A DNA stretch of 64,000 nucleotides from Terriglobia bacterium (GCA_963695545.1 OY968796.1:320001-384000); one strand, 5' to 3'; shown: positions 36,033-46,115, numbered from the stretch's first letter. Notes: generated from the sequence alone by a model not told the origin. Made by a program: numbers and translations.

Positions 36033-38096
36033 TTACAGCACGGTTGTGTTCAGCCACTGTGTGCGTTGAACCGTCGTCGTGGTGTTGGTCGGCAAAGCTC
36101 CGCCTTGCGTGAGCGTAGTCGACGGAAACCACGGTGGCGCGAAATTCGGCCGGGCGGTGAAGCGGCGATCGAACCAGACGTTTTCGGTGTCGATATCCGC
36201 GGAATAGATGCAACTTTGAATCTGGCCGCCGACGTTGTTAAAGGTGTTGACGAACCCGTTGGCCAAAAAGCCGCCGGTGCCGGAGCCTTGGTTGCAGCCG
36301 CCCGAAGCCGTCTGCGATATGGTGGCAATGCTCCCGTCCACCTGAATATTCGAGTTGGCGTAAGTGCTCTGCACCGTGAAGTTGCCGGTCGCCGTAAAAA
36401 TGCCGAGAACCTGGTTCATGTTTTCGGCGCTGGGAACCAAGGTGTCAATGGGCGTGCCGGCGCAACAAGGCGGATTTGAGCCTGTAATGATCTCGTTCTG
36501 CGTGTCCGTCACGGGCTCGGTTTTGTACAGCACATCTCCGGTGGCCGTGACGTTGTCCTGCGCCGTGATCGTGATCATGGCGTTGTCCTGGATGGCCGCC
36601 TGCCCCTGCCCCGGACCGCTGAGGCTATTGATGCTCCCGTCGACGTAGAGCATCGTCGAGGCATTGTTGGTGAAGTTATCCATCGGGACGCCACTGAGGG
36701 TCTCAGTGGTAGCGCCCGAGCTGATCACGGTGCTACCGATACCGCCATTCGTGGCGGGATCGACGGTGATTGTCGTTACCGTACCGCCCTGAGTGATTTT
36801 GTAAACCTGAGCGGTCGAGCCGCTGGGCAGGAGCTCGACGTTGGCGTTGCCTTCGATGTAGAAACCGCCGCCCATTACACACGGTATGGACTTCGCCCCG
36901 CACGAGGTGGCGGTTGTTCCGGGATCGGTGAGATACACGCCTGAAGCCGCTCCGGTAGTCGGATATGCCACACCCGAAAGAGTCTGCAAGTCCGCATGCA
37001 ACGTGGCGTCCGTCAGCGCAGGCGGCGCTGGCGAGGTTGAGCTGCCGCACACGTTAGAGCCTTCGCCGCAACCCTCTCCATCGATAACCGCCCATTCCTG
37101 GTTGATGGTATTTTGGGGCAGCGTAACGGCGGGCTGACCGAGTTGGTAGCCCGCTTGGAATTGGGGATTTACGAGACTGCTTCCGCTCCCCCAAGGCCCG
37201 GTCGTCGTAGCTGTGTTGCAGCCCCAACCGCTATTCCACCAATTCATGCTGCCGCTGGCTTGTCCGATGGGGTCGGTGAAAATATAAGGCGAGGTATACG
37301 GCGGAATGGCGGCCATGAATTCCCAGCCACCGTTGGTGAACATCGGTCCCGTCATGGTGCCAGGAACCAACGGTCCGTCGCACGGGGGATACTTGTCGAT
37401 GAAGGCCCCGAAATACGCGAAACTCACGGCATTCGCGGCCGCTTGGCCGGTAATGTTCATTCTGATGCTTCCGTTTTCTGTTACCGTGTCCTGCTCGCTT
37501 CCGGAAGCTGAACCGATCGAGGTGAGCGTGTAATTGAAGACGTACTGATAGGCCGAGTCGCAAGGCGAGGTCAGACTCGCGGTCCCCACCGTCACCGACG
37601 AGCAACCGGAAGCCGAGGTATTGACGGCTGTGACGGTCGGCGCACCTGCCAGGCACAACGAGGCGTTGGTGAGCTCGAAGCTTTCCTTCCAGGAAGTAGT
37701 TCCAGCGCCGGCGTTCAGGCCGGTCTGGCTCGCGTATGACTGAAGCACGTTTGTCGCGACGGTCTCCGGCAAGCCACTGCCAGAAGTGCCGCAAACAGGT
37801 CCCGAATTTGCAATCGGAGGTTCGGCGAATGTCGTGGGCACGTCGGCTGTGATACCGGTCACGAGTTTCTCGCGAGCGATATTCAATCCCGAATCGGCGG
37901 CATAGTAGGAGCCGCGGAAGTTGCGATAATACCCGCCGATCAGGGTCTGCGAACTGAAAGCGATGACCATCCCCAAGGCGAGCGCGACCATCATCATCAA
38001 CAGCAAGAGCGTAATGATCAGGGCGACTCCCCGCTCTTTCCGGATGTCGGAGCGGCCAGAGGGCAAATGAAGGCAAGTTGATGTATGCATTCTCAT
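36033..38096 (-). CDS. PilX-like minor pilin with large C-terminal domain (copy 1)
   Basis: ERG|VALIITLLL prepilin start without Glu5; YYAADSG PilX_N motif. Confidence 0.85.
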   Translation of the reverse strand: MRMHTSTCLHLPSGRSDIRKERGVALIITLLLLMMMVALALGMVIAFSSQTLIGGYYRNFRGSYYAADSGLNIAREKLVTGITADVPTTFAEPPIANSGPVCGTSGSGLPETVATNVLQSYASQTGLNAGAGTTSWKESFELTNASLCLAGAPTVTAVNTSASGCSSVTVGTASLTSPCDSAYQYVFNYTLTSIGSASGSEQDTVTENGSIRMNITGQAAANAVSFAYFGAFIDKYPPCDGPLVPGTMTGPMFTNGGWEFMAAIPPYTSPYIFTDPIGQASGSMNWWNSGWGCNTATTTGPWGSGSSLVNPQFQAGYQLGQPAVTLPQNTINQEWAVIDGEGCGEGSNVCGSSTSPAPPALTDATLHADLQTLSGVAYPTTGAASGVYLTDPGTTATSCGAKSIPCVMGGGFYIEGNANVELLPSGSTAQVYKITQGGTVTTITVDPATNGGIGSTVISSGATTETLSGVPMDNFTNNASTMLYVDGSINSLSGPGQGQAAIQDNAMITITAQDNVTATGDVLYKTEPVTDTQNEIITGSNPPCCAGTPIDTLVPSAENMNQVLGIFTATGNFTVQSTYANSNIQVDGSIATISQTASGGCNQGSGTGGFLANGFVNTFNNVGGQIQSCIYSADIDTENVWFDRRFTARPNFAPPWFPSTTLTQGGALPTNTTTTVQRTQWLNTTVL

Positions 38097-38122
38097 CGGG
38101 TTCTCCAAAATCGTTCCAACGT

Positions 38123-39283
38123 TCAGTCGTTCATGCTCATATTGCGTGGATTGACCACCACGGTTGATCCAACGACCTGGTAGGGGCCGTTGTCAAATGT
38201 GTTTCGAAACGTATAAGTGGGATCGGGATTCGGATTTGTCCGTCCGATCAGAGAAATGCGCACGGATCGGACGAGCGTGAAGTCATCATAGTAGTCGGCC
38301 GGATTGAAGTGATAGCAGCCGGTGTCGCCGACCGCGTCGCAACTGCTCGTGGCGTCGGTGGTGGCGTCGTTCCAGGTGGCTACGCCGATCTTGAAGCCAA
38401 TCACCTGCTCGGCGATCACGTTGGTGACGCCGCCCTGAATCCGGTCCAACTTGGGATCGGATGGAACGCTGGTGTCCACGGAGTAGGTGGTCGGCTCGAG
38501 CTTCATCACCCAATCTTGCGCGCAGAACTGATTGCCGAGTTTTGACGCGAGAGTAGTGGATTGCGCGATGCTGTTCGCCGTGAATCCGATGGGATCATTC
38601 GCCGGACCATTTGTGAAATAGGTCGTATTCGACGCAAGGTGAGAAAATGCGACGTAATTGGATCCGGCAGTGGGGGCGCCGGTAATTACAAACGTATTTA
38701 CCTGGCCTCCGTTGCTGGCCGTGATCAGAATCAACTGGTCGCCGATGCTAAACGACGCGGCTGTTCGGGTGGCGGCGTGGGCCATTGTCTCAGCACCTAC
38801 GGGGGCATAGGGTTGGACGTAGAACGTGGTGCCAGTCGCGGCGCTGCAGTTACCGGAGTTCGTGCCGCCAGTTGCATCCGTGGGATGGACCGGCGCAACG
38901 TTCGGATTCATGGTGAGTATGTTCAGCGTATCGAAACACTCAGAACTGTAGGTATAGGTTGCGGCGTCATTGCAAGGCGCGGTGGGCAGTTGATTGACGA
39001 TGGAAACGCCCACGGGCCAGCTCGGGATATTTGCTCCCGGATAATATCCTGTGCCGGCATTTGCCAGATCGAGTTGCATCTGAGTGATGGCGTTCTGCAT
39101 GGCAATGTTGGTGCCGGCCAGATTCTGCTGCGAAGTGAAATAAGGCGCATGCTGGCTGAACAGCGAGAAGGTGCTGCCGGCGATGACAGCGAACATCAAC
39201 ATGGCCGCCATGAATTCCACGAGAGTGAAACCGGACATTCCGGCGCCGCGCTTGGCGCGCTTTTCCAGGGAAGTTCTGTTCAT
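38123..39283 (-). CDS. PilW-like minor pilin (copy 1)
   Basis: SG|FTLVEFM N-methylation site, DLANAG, VRSVRISL. Confidence 0.85.
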   Translation of the reverse strand: MNRTSLEKRAKRGAGMSGFTLVEFMAAMLMFAVIAGSTFSLFSQHAPYFTSQQNLAGTNIAMQNAITQMQLDLANAGTGYYPGANIPSWPVGVSIVNQLPTAPCNDAATYTYSSECFDTLNILTMNPNVAPVHPTDATGGTNSGNCSAATGTTFYVQPYAPVGAETMAHAATRTAASFSIGDQLILITASNGGQVNTFVITGAPTAGSNYVAFSHLASNTTYFTNGPANDPIGFTANSIAQSTTLASKLGNQFCAQDWVMKLEPTTYSVDTSVPSDPKLDRIQGGVTNVIAEQVIGFKIGVATWNDATTDATSSCDAVGDTGCYHFNPADYYDDFTLVRSVRISLIGRTNPNPDPTYTFRNTFDNGPYQVVGSTVVVNPRNMSMND

Positions 39284-39939
39284 GGGCGCACCAGGCTCAT
39301 TTGAAATACCACTGGAGGCTGCACGAAGCCGTTCGTACACGTGACCTGTACAGTGATGCGGCGAACCCCGGTCACAGGCTGATTGAGCTCGATGAGCCAG
39401 CGGCGCTGGAAGGCGATCGCTCCCGTCATGGCCGGTGGTGTGGACGCGGGGAGAGGCGGATTGCTGCCTCCGGGATCCTGAATCATGCCGTTAGCCGGAT
39501 GCGAGATCGTTGTGTACTGGGTGTTTCCGCTGCCATCCAGACTGCTGACCACCTCATCGAGCGCGCCCTGAGACGGGTTGAAGTAAACTTCGTCGTAATA
39601 ATTCACCGCCTCTGTCGAGCCGTTCGCGGTCACGTCTTCGACCTCGTTCGCGGTCAGACTACCCGCGCTTGTCCCATTCGTCACAACGACGTGGGGATCG
39701 CCGGTGTCGACGCTAGTGTTCACGTTGTACGACGCCGGCCAGCGATTCAGATCCTCGAGCTTTTCCGAGGCGATCGTGGCCGCCTGGTTCATGTACTCGC
39801 TGCGTGAAGTGCCGCCGACCACGCTACCCACGAGCGCCGCCGCGGACAGCACACCGATGGTGAGAATCATTGAGGCCACCAGGACCTCGATGATCGTGAA
39901 GCCGCGCGAATTTCCGTTACTGGACTGTGATTGAGCCAT
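39280..39939 (-). CDS. PilV-like minor pilin (copy 1)
   Basis: RG|FTIIEVLVA, A..IASEKLEDL, RRITVQV. Confidence 0.85.
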   Translation of the reverse strand: MAQSQSSNGNSRGFTIIEVLVASMILTIGVLSAAALVGSVVGGTSRSEYMNQAATIASEKLEDLNRWPASYNVNTSVDTGDPHVVVTNGTSAGSLTANEVEDVTANGSTEAVNYYDEVYFNPSQGALDEVVSSLDGSGNTQYTTISHPANGMIQDPGGSNPPLPASTPPAMTGAIAFQRRWLIELNQPVTGVRRITVQVTCTNGFVQPPVVFQMSLVRP

Positions 39940-40411
39940 AGTTGGATACCGTGACGGTTTTTATCGCTCCGTTGCAAGAGACTGTGAAACTCATACTCCC
40001 ACCCACCGCCGTTACTGCGCCGGTGGGACTAAACTGAAACGTAGTCGTTGGGTTGAAGCTGTACGTGACGAGCGCATTGGCCATCGGTACCGGGGAACCG
40101 ATGTCCGTGAAGGTCGAGGCTCCCCCAGGTTGGCTCAGCACTTGGAAGGTGTTGTTGGCCGAGTTAAACGTAACCTGATAAGGATAGCCATGCATGATCG
40201 CTTGATAGCGCGTGGTCTGGATCGCCCACGTCGCGGATGAAACCCCGGAGCTCAACCGGTAGGTGTTTAGCGCGGCTTCCACTTGAGGGAGCGCAATAAC
40301 CGTCATCACGCCAACCACAAAGAGCACCACCATCAACTCCAGCATCGTGAATCCACGCTGTCTTGGCGTGACCGTCTGGCGGATTTTGGACCGCTGGAAT
40401 CGCGATAGCAC
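39917..40411 (-). CDS. FimT/GspH-like minor pilin (copy 1)
   Basis: RG|FTMLELMVV...ALP, TRYQAI, FSPTG. Confidence 0.85.
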   Translation of the reverse strand: MLSRFQRSKIRQTVTPRQRGFTMLELMVVLFVVGVMTVIALPQVEAALNTYRLSSGVSSATWAIQTTRYQAIMHGYPYQVTFNSANNTFQVLSQPGGASTFTDIGSPVPMANALVTYSFNPTTTFQFSPTGAVTAVGGSMSFTVSCNGAIKTVTVSNYGSITVQ

Positions 40412-40489
40412 TGGATACTCCTCCGGGGAAACGGTAGCTGTCCGCCGGAAAGCCGGGGCCAGCCGTTACCCTACGCGGTTCAATAGAAG

Positions 40490-40546
40490 TGCAACTTAGA
40501 CGCCAGGCGGCTAATCTGATACAAAGCATTTATAATCAGCAGTTTA
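40490..40546 (-). promoter_or_regulatory. Sigma54 promoter (TGGCGTCTAAGTTGCA) plus IHF-consensus site for pilin cluster 1
   Basis: TGGC-N7-TTGC at 40505-40490; AATCAGCAGTTTA (40534-40546) matches WATCARNNNNTTR. Confidence 0.7.
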
Positions 40547-40715
40547 TGATAAATGTTGCAACCGGGCGGGCGGAGCTACCACAATGGCGCATGTATCGTT
40601 TTGAACCAAACAGGGGACGGAGGCAGAGCAGCGTGGCATTTAGGACACAGCCCGAGGTGGCACCGGGGAGACCTAAGGTGGCTCGGTGGATTTAGCGAAA
40701 TTCCGCTGCGCACCG

Positions 40716-40757
40716 AAAAACCGGAGCGGCTCCGATAGGAAGAACATCGGAGCCGCT
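40716..40757 (-). terminator. Terminator of pilin cluster 2
   Basis: AGCGGCTCCGAT...ATCGGAGCCGCT hairpin plus T-run on the minus strand. Confidence 0.65.
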
Positions 40758-40811
40758 TGGATCATCGAGCTTGACGTCACGCGGCGAGTCTAGATCCGTC
40801 GCCATGCCCGC

Positions 40812-42848
40812 TTACAGTACCGAGGTGTTCAGCCATTGCAGTCGCTGCACCTTGGTGATGGTGTTGGTCGGCAACGCGCCGCCTTGCTGGATCGACGTCG
40901 AGGGAAACCAGGGTGGCGCGAAATTCGGCCGAGCCGTGAAGCGGCGATCGAACCAGACGTTTTCCGTGTCGATATCCGCGGAATAGATGCAACTTTGAAT
41001 CTGGCCGCCGACGTTGTTGAACGTGTTGGCACTCCCGGTGAACCCGCCGGTGCTGCCGTTGCAATTGCTCGATGCCTGCTGTGAAATAGTAGCGATGCTT
41101 CCATCCACCTCAATGTTCCTATTCGAATAATTACTTTGGACGCTGAAGTTGCCGACAGCGGTAAAAATGCCGAGAACCTGGTTCATGTTTTCAGCACTCG
41201 GAATCAGCGTGTCCACCGACGTGTTGGCGCAACAAGGCGGACTAGAACCGGCCACGATTTCGTTCTGAGTATCCGTCACGGGCTCGGTTTTGTAGAGCAC
41301 ATCTCCGGTGGCAGTAACGTTGTCCAGCGCCGTGATCGTGATCATGGCGTTGTCCTGGATGGCAGCAAGTCCTTGCCCCGGACCGCTGAGGCTGGTGATG
41401 CTCCCGTCGTCGTAGAGCATCGTCGAAGGTTCTCCGGTGAGCGTATCCATCGGGACGCCGCTGAGGGTCTCCGTCGTGGTGCCGGAACTGATCACGGTGC
41501 TGCCGACGCCGGCATTCGCGGCGGGATTAACAGTGATTGTAGTTACGGTGCTGCCCTGCGTAACGGTGTAAACCTGAGCGGTCGTGCCGCTCGGTTGGAG
41601 TTCGACGCTTGCATTGCCTTCAATATAAAAGCCGCCGCCTATGACACAAGGTATAGCCTTCGCTCCGCAACTGACGGCCGTTGTACCGGGATCGGTGAGA
41701 AAGACGCCCGTCGAGGCTCCGCCAGACGGATACGCTACGCCCTGAAGAGTCTGGACATCGGTGTGCAACTGGGCCGTCGTCGGCTGAACGGCCGCCGGTG
41801 AAGTTGCATTTCCGCAAACGTTGGCACCCTCGCCGCAACCCTGGCCGTCGATGACGGCCCACTCCTGGCTAAAGGAATTTACAGGCAGCGTAACAGGCGG
41901 CTGGCCGAGTTGATAGCCGGCTTGGAAGCTGGGATTTACGAGGCTGCTCCCACTTCCCCATGGCCCGGTCGTGCTGGACGTATTGCAACCCCAACTGCTG
42001 TTATACCAATTCATGTTCCCGCTCGCCTGACCAACAGGATCGGTGAAAATGTAGGGCGAGGTGTACGGCGGAATGGAGCTCATGAACTCCCACCCACCGT
42101 TGGTAAACATGGGTCCGGTCATGGTGCCGGGAACCAAGGGTCCATCGCAGGGAGGATACTTGTCAATGAACGCGCCGAAATACGCGAAACTCACCGCGTT
42201 CAGGGCCGCTTGCCCTGAAAGATTCATTGTAATGCTTCCATTTTCCGTCACCGTATCCTGCTCGCTTCCCGAAGCTGCGCCCAGCGAAGTCAGTGTATAG
42301 TCGTAGATGTATTGATAGCCTATTGGGCAAGGCGCCGAAACCGAACAAGAGCCTGTGGTGGTGTTGAACGCGCTGGGGGTGTTCCAACCTGCGACCACAC
42401 ACAGTGTGGCGCTGGTAATTTTGAAGCTCTCTTTCCAGGAAGTAGCGCCCGCGCCGAGGTTCAGCCCAGTTGGGCTTCCGTACTTGCTCAGGAGGTTCGC
42501 GACGACGGTGTTTCCGGTGCCAGAGCCACCGCCAATGCCACAGACGCTGCCCGGCGAAGCGATCGGCGGGACGGCCCAAGTGCCGGAGGGCGCGCTGCTG
42601 GTAAGTCCCGTCACGAGTTGCTCGCGCGCAATATTCAATCCGGAATCGGCGGCATAATACGAGCCGCGGAAATTACGGTAGTATCCGCCGATCAGAGTCT
42701 CCGAACTAAAGGCGATAACCATCCCCAAAGTCAGCGCGATAATCATCATCAACATGAGTAGCGTAAAAACCAGGGCGATGCCCCGCTCGCTGCGACTGGC
42801 GGGACGGCAAGATGGCGGATCAAAAGGTGTTGGCTGACGTTTTCTCAT
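40812..42848 (-). CDS. PilX-like minor pilin with large C-terminal domain (copy 2)
   Basis: ERG|IALVFTLL; long blocks identical to copy 1 (e.g. FAYFGAFIDKYPPCDGPLVPGTMTGPMFTNGGWEFM). Confidence 0.85.
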   Translation of the reverse strand: MRKRQPTPFDPPSCRPASRSERGIALVFTLLMLMMIIALTLGMVIAFSSETLIGGYYRNFRGSYYAADSGLNIAREQLVTGLTSSAPSGTWAVPPIASPGSVCGIGGGSGTGNTVVANLLSKYGSPTGLNLGAGATSWKESFKITSATLCVVAGWNTPSAFNTTTGSCSVSAPCPIGYQYIYDYTLTSLGAASGSEQDTVTENGSITMNLSGQAALNAVSFAYFGAFIDKYPPCDGPLVPGTMTGPMFTNGGWEFMSSIPPYTSPYIFTDPVGQASGNMNWYNSSWGCNTSSTTGPWGSGSSLVNPSFQAGYQLGQPPVTLPVNSFSQEWAVIDGQGCGEGANVCGNATSPAAVQPTTAQLHTDVQTLQGVAYPSGGASTGVFLTDPGTTAVSCGAKAIPCVIGGGFYIEGNASVELQPSGTTAQVYTVTQGSTVTTITVNPAANAGVGSTVISSGTTTETLSGVPMDTLTGEPSTMLYDDGSITSLSGPGQGLAAIQDNAMITITALDNVTATGDVLYKTEPVTDTQNEIVAGSSPPCCANTSVDTLIPSAENMNQVLGIFTAVGNFSVQSNYSNRNIEVDGSIATISQQASSNCNGSTGGFTGSANTFNNVGGQIQSCIYSADIDTENVWFDRRFTARPNFAPPWFPSTSIQQGGALPTNTITKVQRLQWLNTSVL

Positions 42849-42882
42849 GAGAATCTCCGGGATCGTTAAATCGTTCCATCGA

Positions 42883-44079
42883 TCAATCGTTCATACTCAT
42901 ATTTCGTGGGTTAACGACCACGGTTGCTCCCACGACCTGGTACGGGCCGCCGTCAAACGTATTTCGAAACGTATACGTGGGATCGGGGTTGGGATTGGTC
43001 CGGCCGATCAAAGAGATGCGCACGGACCGCACCAGCGTGAAATCGTTGTAGTAGCCGACATCGTTGGGATTAAAGTGGTAGGTCTCGCTGCTGGTGGCAC
43101 TCGCATCGTTCCAGGTAGCCGCGCCGACCTTGAAACCAATCACCTGCTCCGCAATCACGGTGGTAACGCCGCCCTGAATTCGGTCGAGCTTGGGATCGGA
43201 TGGAACACTCGTATCCACGGAGTAGGTGGTCGGCTCGAGCTTCATCACCCAATCCGTCCCGCAGAATTGATTCCCCAGTTTTGACGCGTAAGGAGGGGTC
43301 TGCTGCATTCCGCTGACGGCTGTAAATTGCAATGGATCGTTGGCCAAGCCGTTCGTGAAATAAGTTGCGGCCGATGCGATGTGAGTGAACTCGACGTAAT
43401 TCGTTCCGACGATTGGCGGAGCCGTCAGGACAAAAGTATTTACCAGCGCTCCATTACCTGCCGTGATGAGAATTAGCTGATCGCCGGTGTTGTATGACGC
43501 TGCCGTTCGCGTGGCCGCCTGCGACACCGTCTCGCTCCCTATCGGCGTGTACGGCTGTATATAAAACGCGGTACTCGTGGCGTCACTGCAGTTGCCGGTG
43601 CCCGAGCCGCCGGTCGCGTCGGTCGGGTGTGCCGGGGCGATCGTCGGATTCATCGTCAGTATGTTCAACGTATCGAAGCATTGAGGACCATAGGTGAAAG
43701 TCGCCGGAGTGTTGCAAGGCGAGGTGGGAAGTTGATTGACGATGGAGACGCCCACCGGCCAGCTCGGGATGTTCACGCCGGGGAAAAAGCCTGTACCGGC
43801 GTTAGCCAGATTGAGTTGGATCTGAGTGATGGCGTTCTGCATGGCAATGTTGGTGCCCGCCAGATTCTGCTGCGAAGTGAAATAAGGCGCGTGCTGGCGG
43901 AACAGCGCAAAGGTGCTGCCGGCGATGATGGCGAACAGCACCATGGCCATCAAGAATTCGATCAGCGTGAAGCCCGACATTCTAAGAAGCGCGCTTCGCG
44001 CAGGCCGGTTAAGCAATGCATTCCGCGCAGGCTCGGCGGCGCTAGTTACGGCGCGCTTTTCCAAGTCAGTTTTGCTCAT
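42883..44079 (-). CDS. PilW-like minor pilin (copy 2)
   Basis: SG|FTLIEFL; paralog of 38123-39283 with an 18-aa longer leader. Confidence 0.85.
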   Translation of the reverse strand: MSKTDLEKRAVTSAAEPARNALLNRPARSALLRMSGFTLIEFLMAMVLFAIIAGSTFALFRQHAPYFTSQQNLAGTNIAMQNAITQIQLNLANAGTGFFPGVNIPSWPVGVSIVNQLPTSPCNTPATFTYGPQCFDTLNILTMNPTIAPAHPTDATGGSGTGNCSDATSTAFYIQPYTPIGSETVSQAATRTAASYNTGDQLILITAGNGALVNTFVLTAPPIVGTNYVEFTHIASAATYFTNGLANDPLQFTAVSGMQQTPPYASKLGNQFCGTDWVMKLEPTTYSVDTSVPSDPKLDRIQGGVTTVIAEQVIGFKVGAATWNDASATSSETYHFNPNDVGYYNDFTLVRSVRISLIGRTNPNPDPTYTFRNTFDGGPYQVVGATVVVNPRNMSMND

Positions 44080-44723
44080 GGACGCACCAGGCTCATTTGA
44101 AAGGACACCGGAGGCTGCACGAACCCATTCAGACACGTCACGAGCACGGTGATCCTGCGAACGCCGATGACGGGCTGATTGAGTTCGATAATCCAGCGCC
44201 TCTGAAACGCGATGGCTCCCGTGATGGACGGTGGCGTGGAAGTCGGGGCCGGCGGTGGGTCCGTAAGCATGCCGGAAGCCGGAGCCGCGATCGTTGTGTA
44301 CTGCACGTTTCCGCTGGCGTTCAGACTGCTGACCACCTCGTCGAGCGCGCCCTGGGACGGATTGAAGAACACTTCGTCGTAATAACTCACTGCTTCCGTT
44401 GTGCCGTTCGCGGTCACGTCTTGCACGACGTTCGCAGTCAGACTCCCAGCGCTCGTGCCGTTCGTGACGACGACGTTCGGGTCACCCGTATCGATGCCGG
44501 TATTTACGTTGTACGACGCCGGCCAGCGATTCAGATCCTCGAGCTTTTCCGAGGCAATCGTGGCCGCCTGGTTCATGTACTCGCTGCGTGAAGTGCCGCC
44601 GACCACGCTGCCGATGAGCGCCGCCGCGGACAGTACTCCAACGGTGAGAATGAATGAGGCCACGAGGACCTCGACGATCGTGAAGCCGCGCGAATTTCCG
44701 TTACTGGACTGTGATCGATCCAT
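44076..44723 (-). CDS. PilV-like minor pilin (copy 2)
   Basis: RG|FTIVEVLVA; paralog of 39280-39939. Confidence 0.85.
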   Translation of the reverse strand: MDRSQSSNGNSRGFTIVEVLVASFILTVGVLSAAALIGSVVGGTSRSEYMNQAATIASEKLEDLNRWPASYNVNTGIDTGDPNVVVTNGTSAGSLTANVVQDVTANGTTEAVSYYDEVFFNPSQGALDEVVSSLNASGNVQYTTIAAPASGMLTDPPPAPTSTPPSITGAIAFQRRWIIELNQPVIGVRRITVLVTCLNGFVQPPVSFQMSLVRP

Positions 44724-45189
44724 AGTTGGATACCGTGACAGTTTTTGTCGCGCCTCCGTAAGATACCGAGTAGTTCATCTGGCCGAGGACGGCGGTAACC
44801 GAACCGTTAGGGCTGAACTGAAGCGTCGTGCTGGCGCTGAACGCGACGACCGAACTCGCAAAAGGTACCGCGCTGCCGACGTCACTGAATCCGGGCCCGC
44901 CCGGGGCCTCACTCAATACCTGAAAAGTGTTGTTGGCTGCATTGAATGCGACCTGATAGGAATAGCCGTGCATGATCGCCTGGTAGCGTGTGGTCTGGAT
45001 TGCCCAGGTCGAGGCCGACACCGCACTGTTCAACCGATAGGCGTACAGCGCGGCCTGAAGCTGCGGAAGCGCAATACCCGCGAGCGCCAAAACTACGAGC
45101 ATGACGACCATCAACTCCAGCAAAGAAAAGCCGCGCTGGGTTCTCGCGGCGTCTCGGTGGCGCTTGAACCAATCGGATTGCAAGAACAT
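44701..45189 (-). CDS. FimT/GspH-like minor pilin (copy 2)
   Basis: RG|FSLLELMVV; paralog of 39917-40411. Confidence 0.85.
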   Translation of the reverse strand: MFLQSDWFKRHRDAARTQRGFSLLELMVVMLVVLALAGIALPQLQAALYAYRLNSAVSASTWAIQTTRYQAIMHGYSYQVAFNAANNTFQVLSEAPGGPGFSDVGSAVPFASSVVAFSASTTLQFSPNGSVTAVLGQMNYSVSYGGATKTVTVSNYGSITVQ

Positions 45190-45257
45190 TATCTATTCCT
45201 CTGAGTAAACTCTGGTGTTCCGCGATGAAACTGGAAACCAATCGCTACTCTAGGAAG

Positions 45258-45273
45258 TGCACGTTCGACGCCA
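45258..45273 (-). promoter_or_regulatory. Sigma54-type promoter for pilin cluster 2 (TGGCGTCGAACGTGCA)
   Basis: GG-N10-GC spacing; conserved in the same position as in copy 1. Confidence 0.62.
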
Positions 45274-45610
45274 GCCGCCGGACGGTGGGCAACACGCTTG
45301 TAATCACGGCCTCACAGATGACGTTTCACAGTGAAACTAGGCTTGCGAGGCACGCTGATCGGTAGAATCGAACCAAACATGGGACGCGACGATTTCGGAT
45401 ACGTAATCGCCGTGTCACACGCCGTGTCTCGCACTGAAACTGAATGCGTCAATCGCTCCGATTCAATGAGTCGGCGTTGAACACTCGACGTGAGGCCGGC
45501 GAAGCGAGCGGCGCGCTTGACAATCGCGCGTCTGAATCGCAGACTCTCGCGCGAACGCGGGCGGCTCCGTAAATTGCAGTGCCCGCCGCTCAACAACGAA
45601 GGAGCAAGAC

Positions 45611-46018
45611 GTGAAAATTAACTACGCCGCGGTATTTGTCTGCGCCGTGCTGTACTTCCTGCTGGGGTGGCTCTGGTTCGGTGTACTGTTTGGCCAGCGG
45701 TGGATGGCGCTCGAGGGAATCACGATGGCGCAAGGCCAGAAGGGCGCCGCGTCGGAATACATTACTTCGTTCCTGCTGGGCCTACTGATGGCTTACTTCC
45801 TGGCAAACATCTGCGCGTGGCGCAATGCGAACACCGCCGGCCGCGGCGCCGCGATCGGCGTGCTGCTGTGGATCGGCTTCATCGGACCAGTCGCTTTCAC
45901 AACCAACATGTACGAGGGCCGGCCCAAGCTGCTTTTCGCTATCAACAATTTCTATCCGCTGGTGGGACTTTGGCTGATGGGGGCCGTCCTGGGCTTGTGG
46001 AAGAAAAAACCGGCGTAG
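45611..46018 (+). CDS. DUF1761 family membrane protein
   Basis: INYAAV...LGWLWF..LFGQRWM; four TM segments; GAAGGAG RBS. Confidence 0.85.
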   Translation: MKINYAAVFVCAVLYFLLGWLWFGVLFGQRWMALEGITMAQGQKGAASEYITSFLLGLLMAYFLANICAWRNANTAGRGAAIGVLLWIGFIGPVAFTTNMYEGRPKLLFAINNFYPLVGLWLMGAVLGLWKKKPA

Positions 46019-46040
46019 AGGATCAGCGGGCGAACGTATC

Positions 46041-46115
46041 TGGTAGCGCTAGCGGGAATCGAACCCGCATTTCGGCCTTGAAAGGGCCGCGTGCTAACCG
46101 TTGCACCATAGCGCC
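46041..46115 (-). tRNA. tRNA-Glu(UUC)
   Basis: Cloverleaf with CGGCC-CTTTCAA-GGCCG anticodon arm, GGTTCGATTCC T-arm and encoded CCA. Confidence 0.93.

Noticed and set aside
36033..45189. Pilin duplication as assembly artefact or DGR/phase-variation cassette
   Set aside because: The copies differ throughout at synonymous sites and by indels; no reverse transcriptase, recombinase or adenine-specific TR/VR pattern was seen.
46041..46065. tRNA-Glu 3' end as att site for the pilin region
   Set aside because: I found no duplicated tRNA 3' fragment and no integrase in the window.
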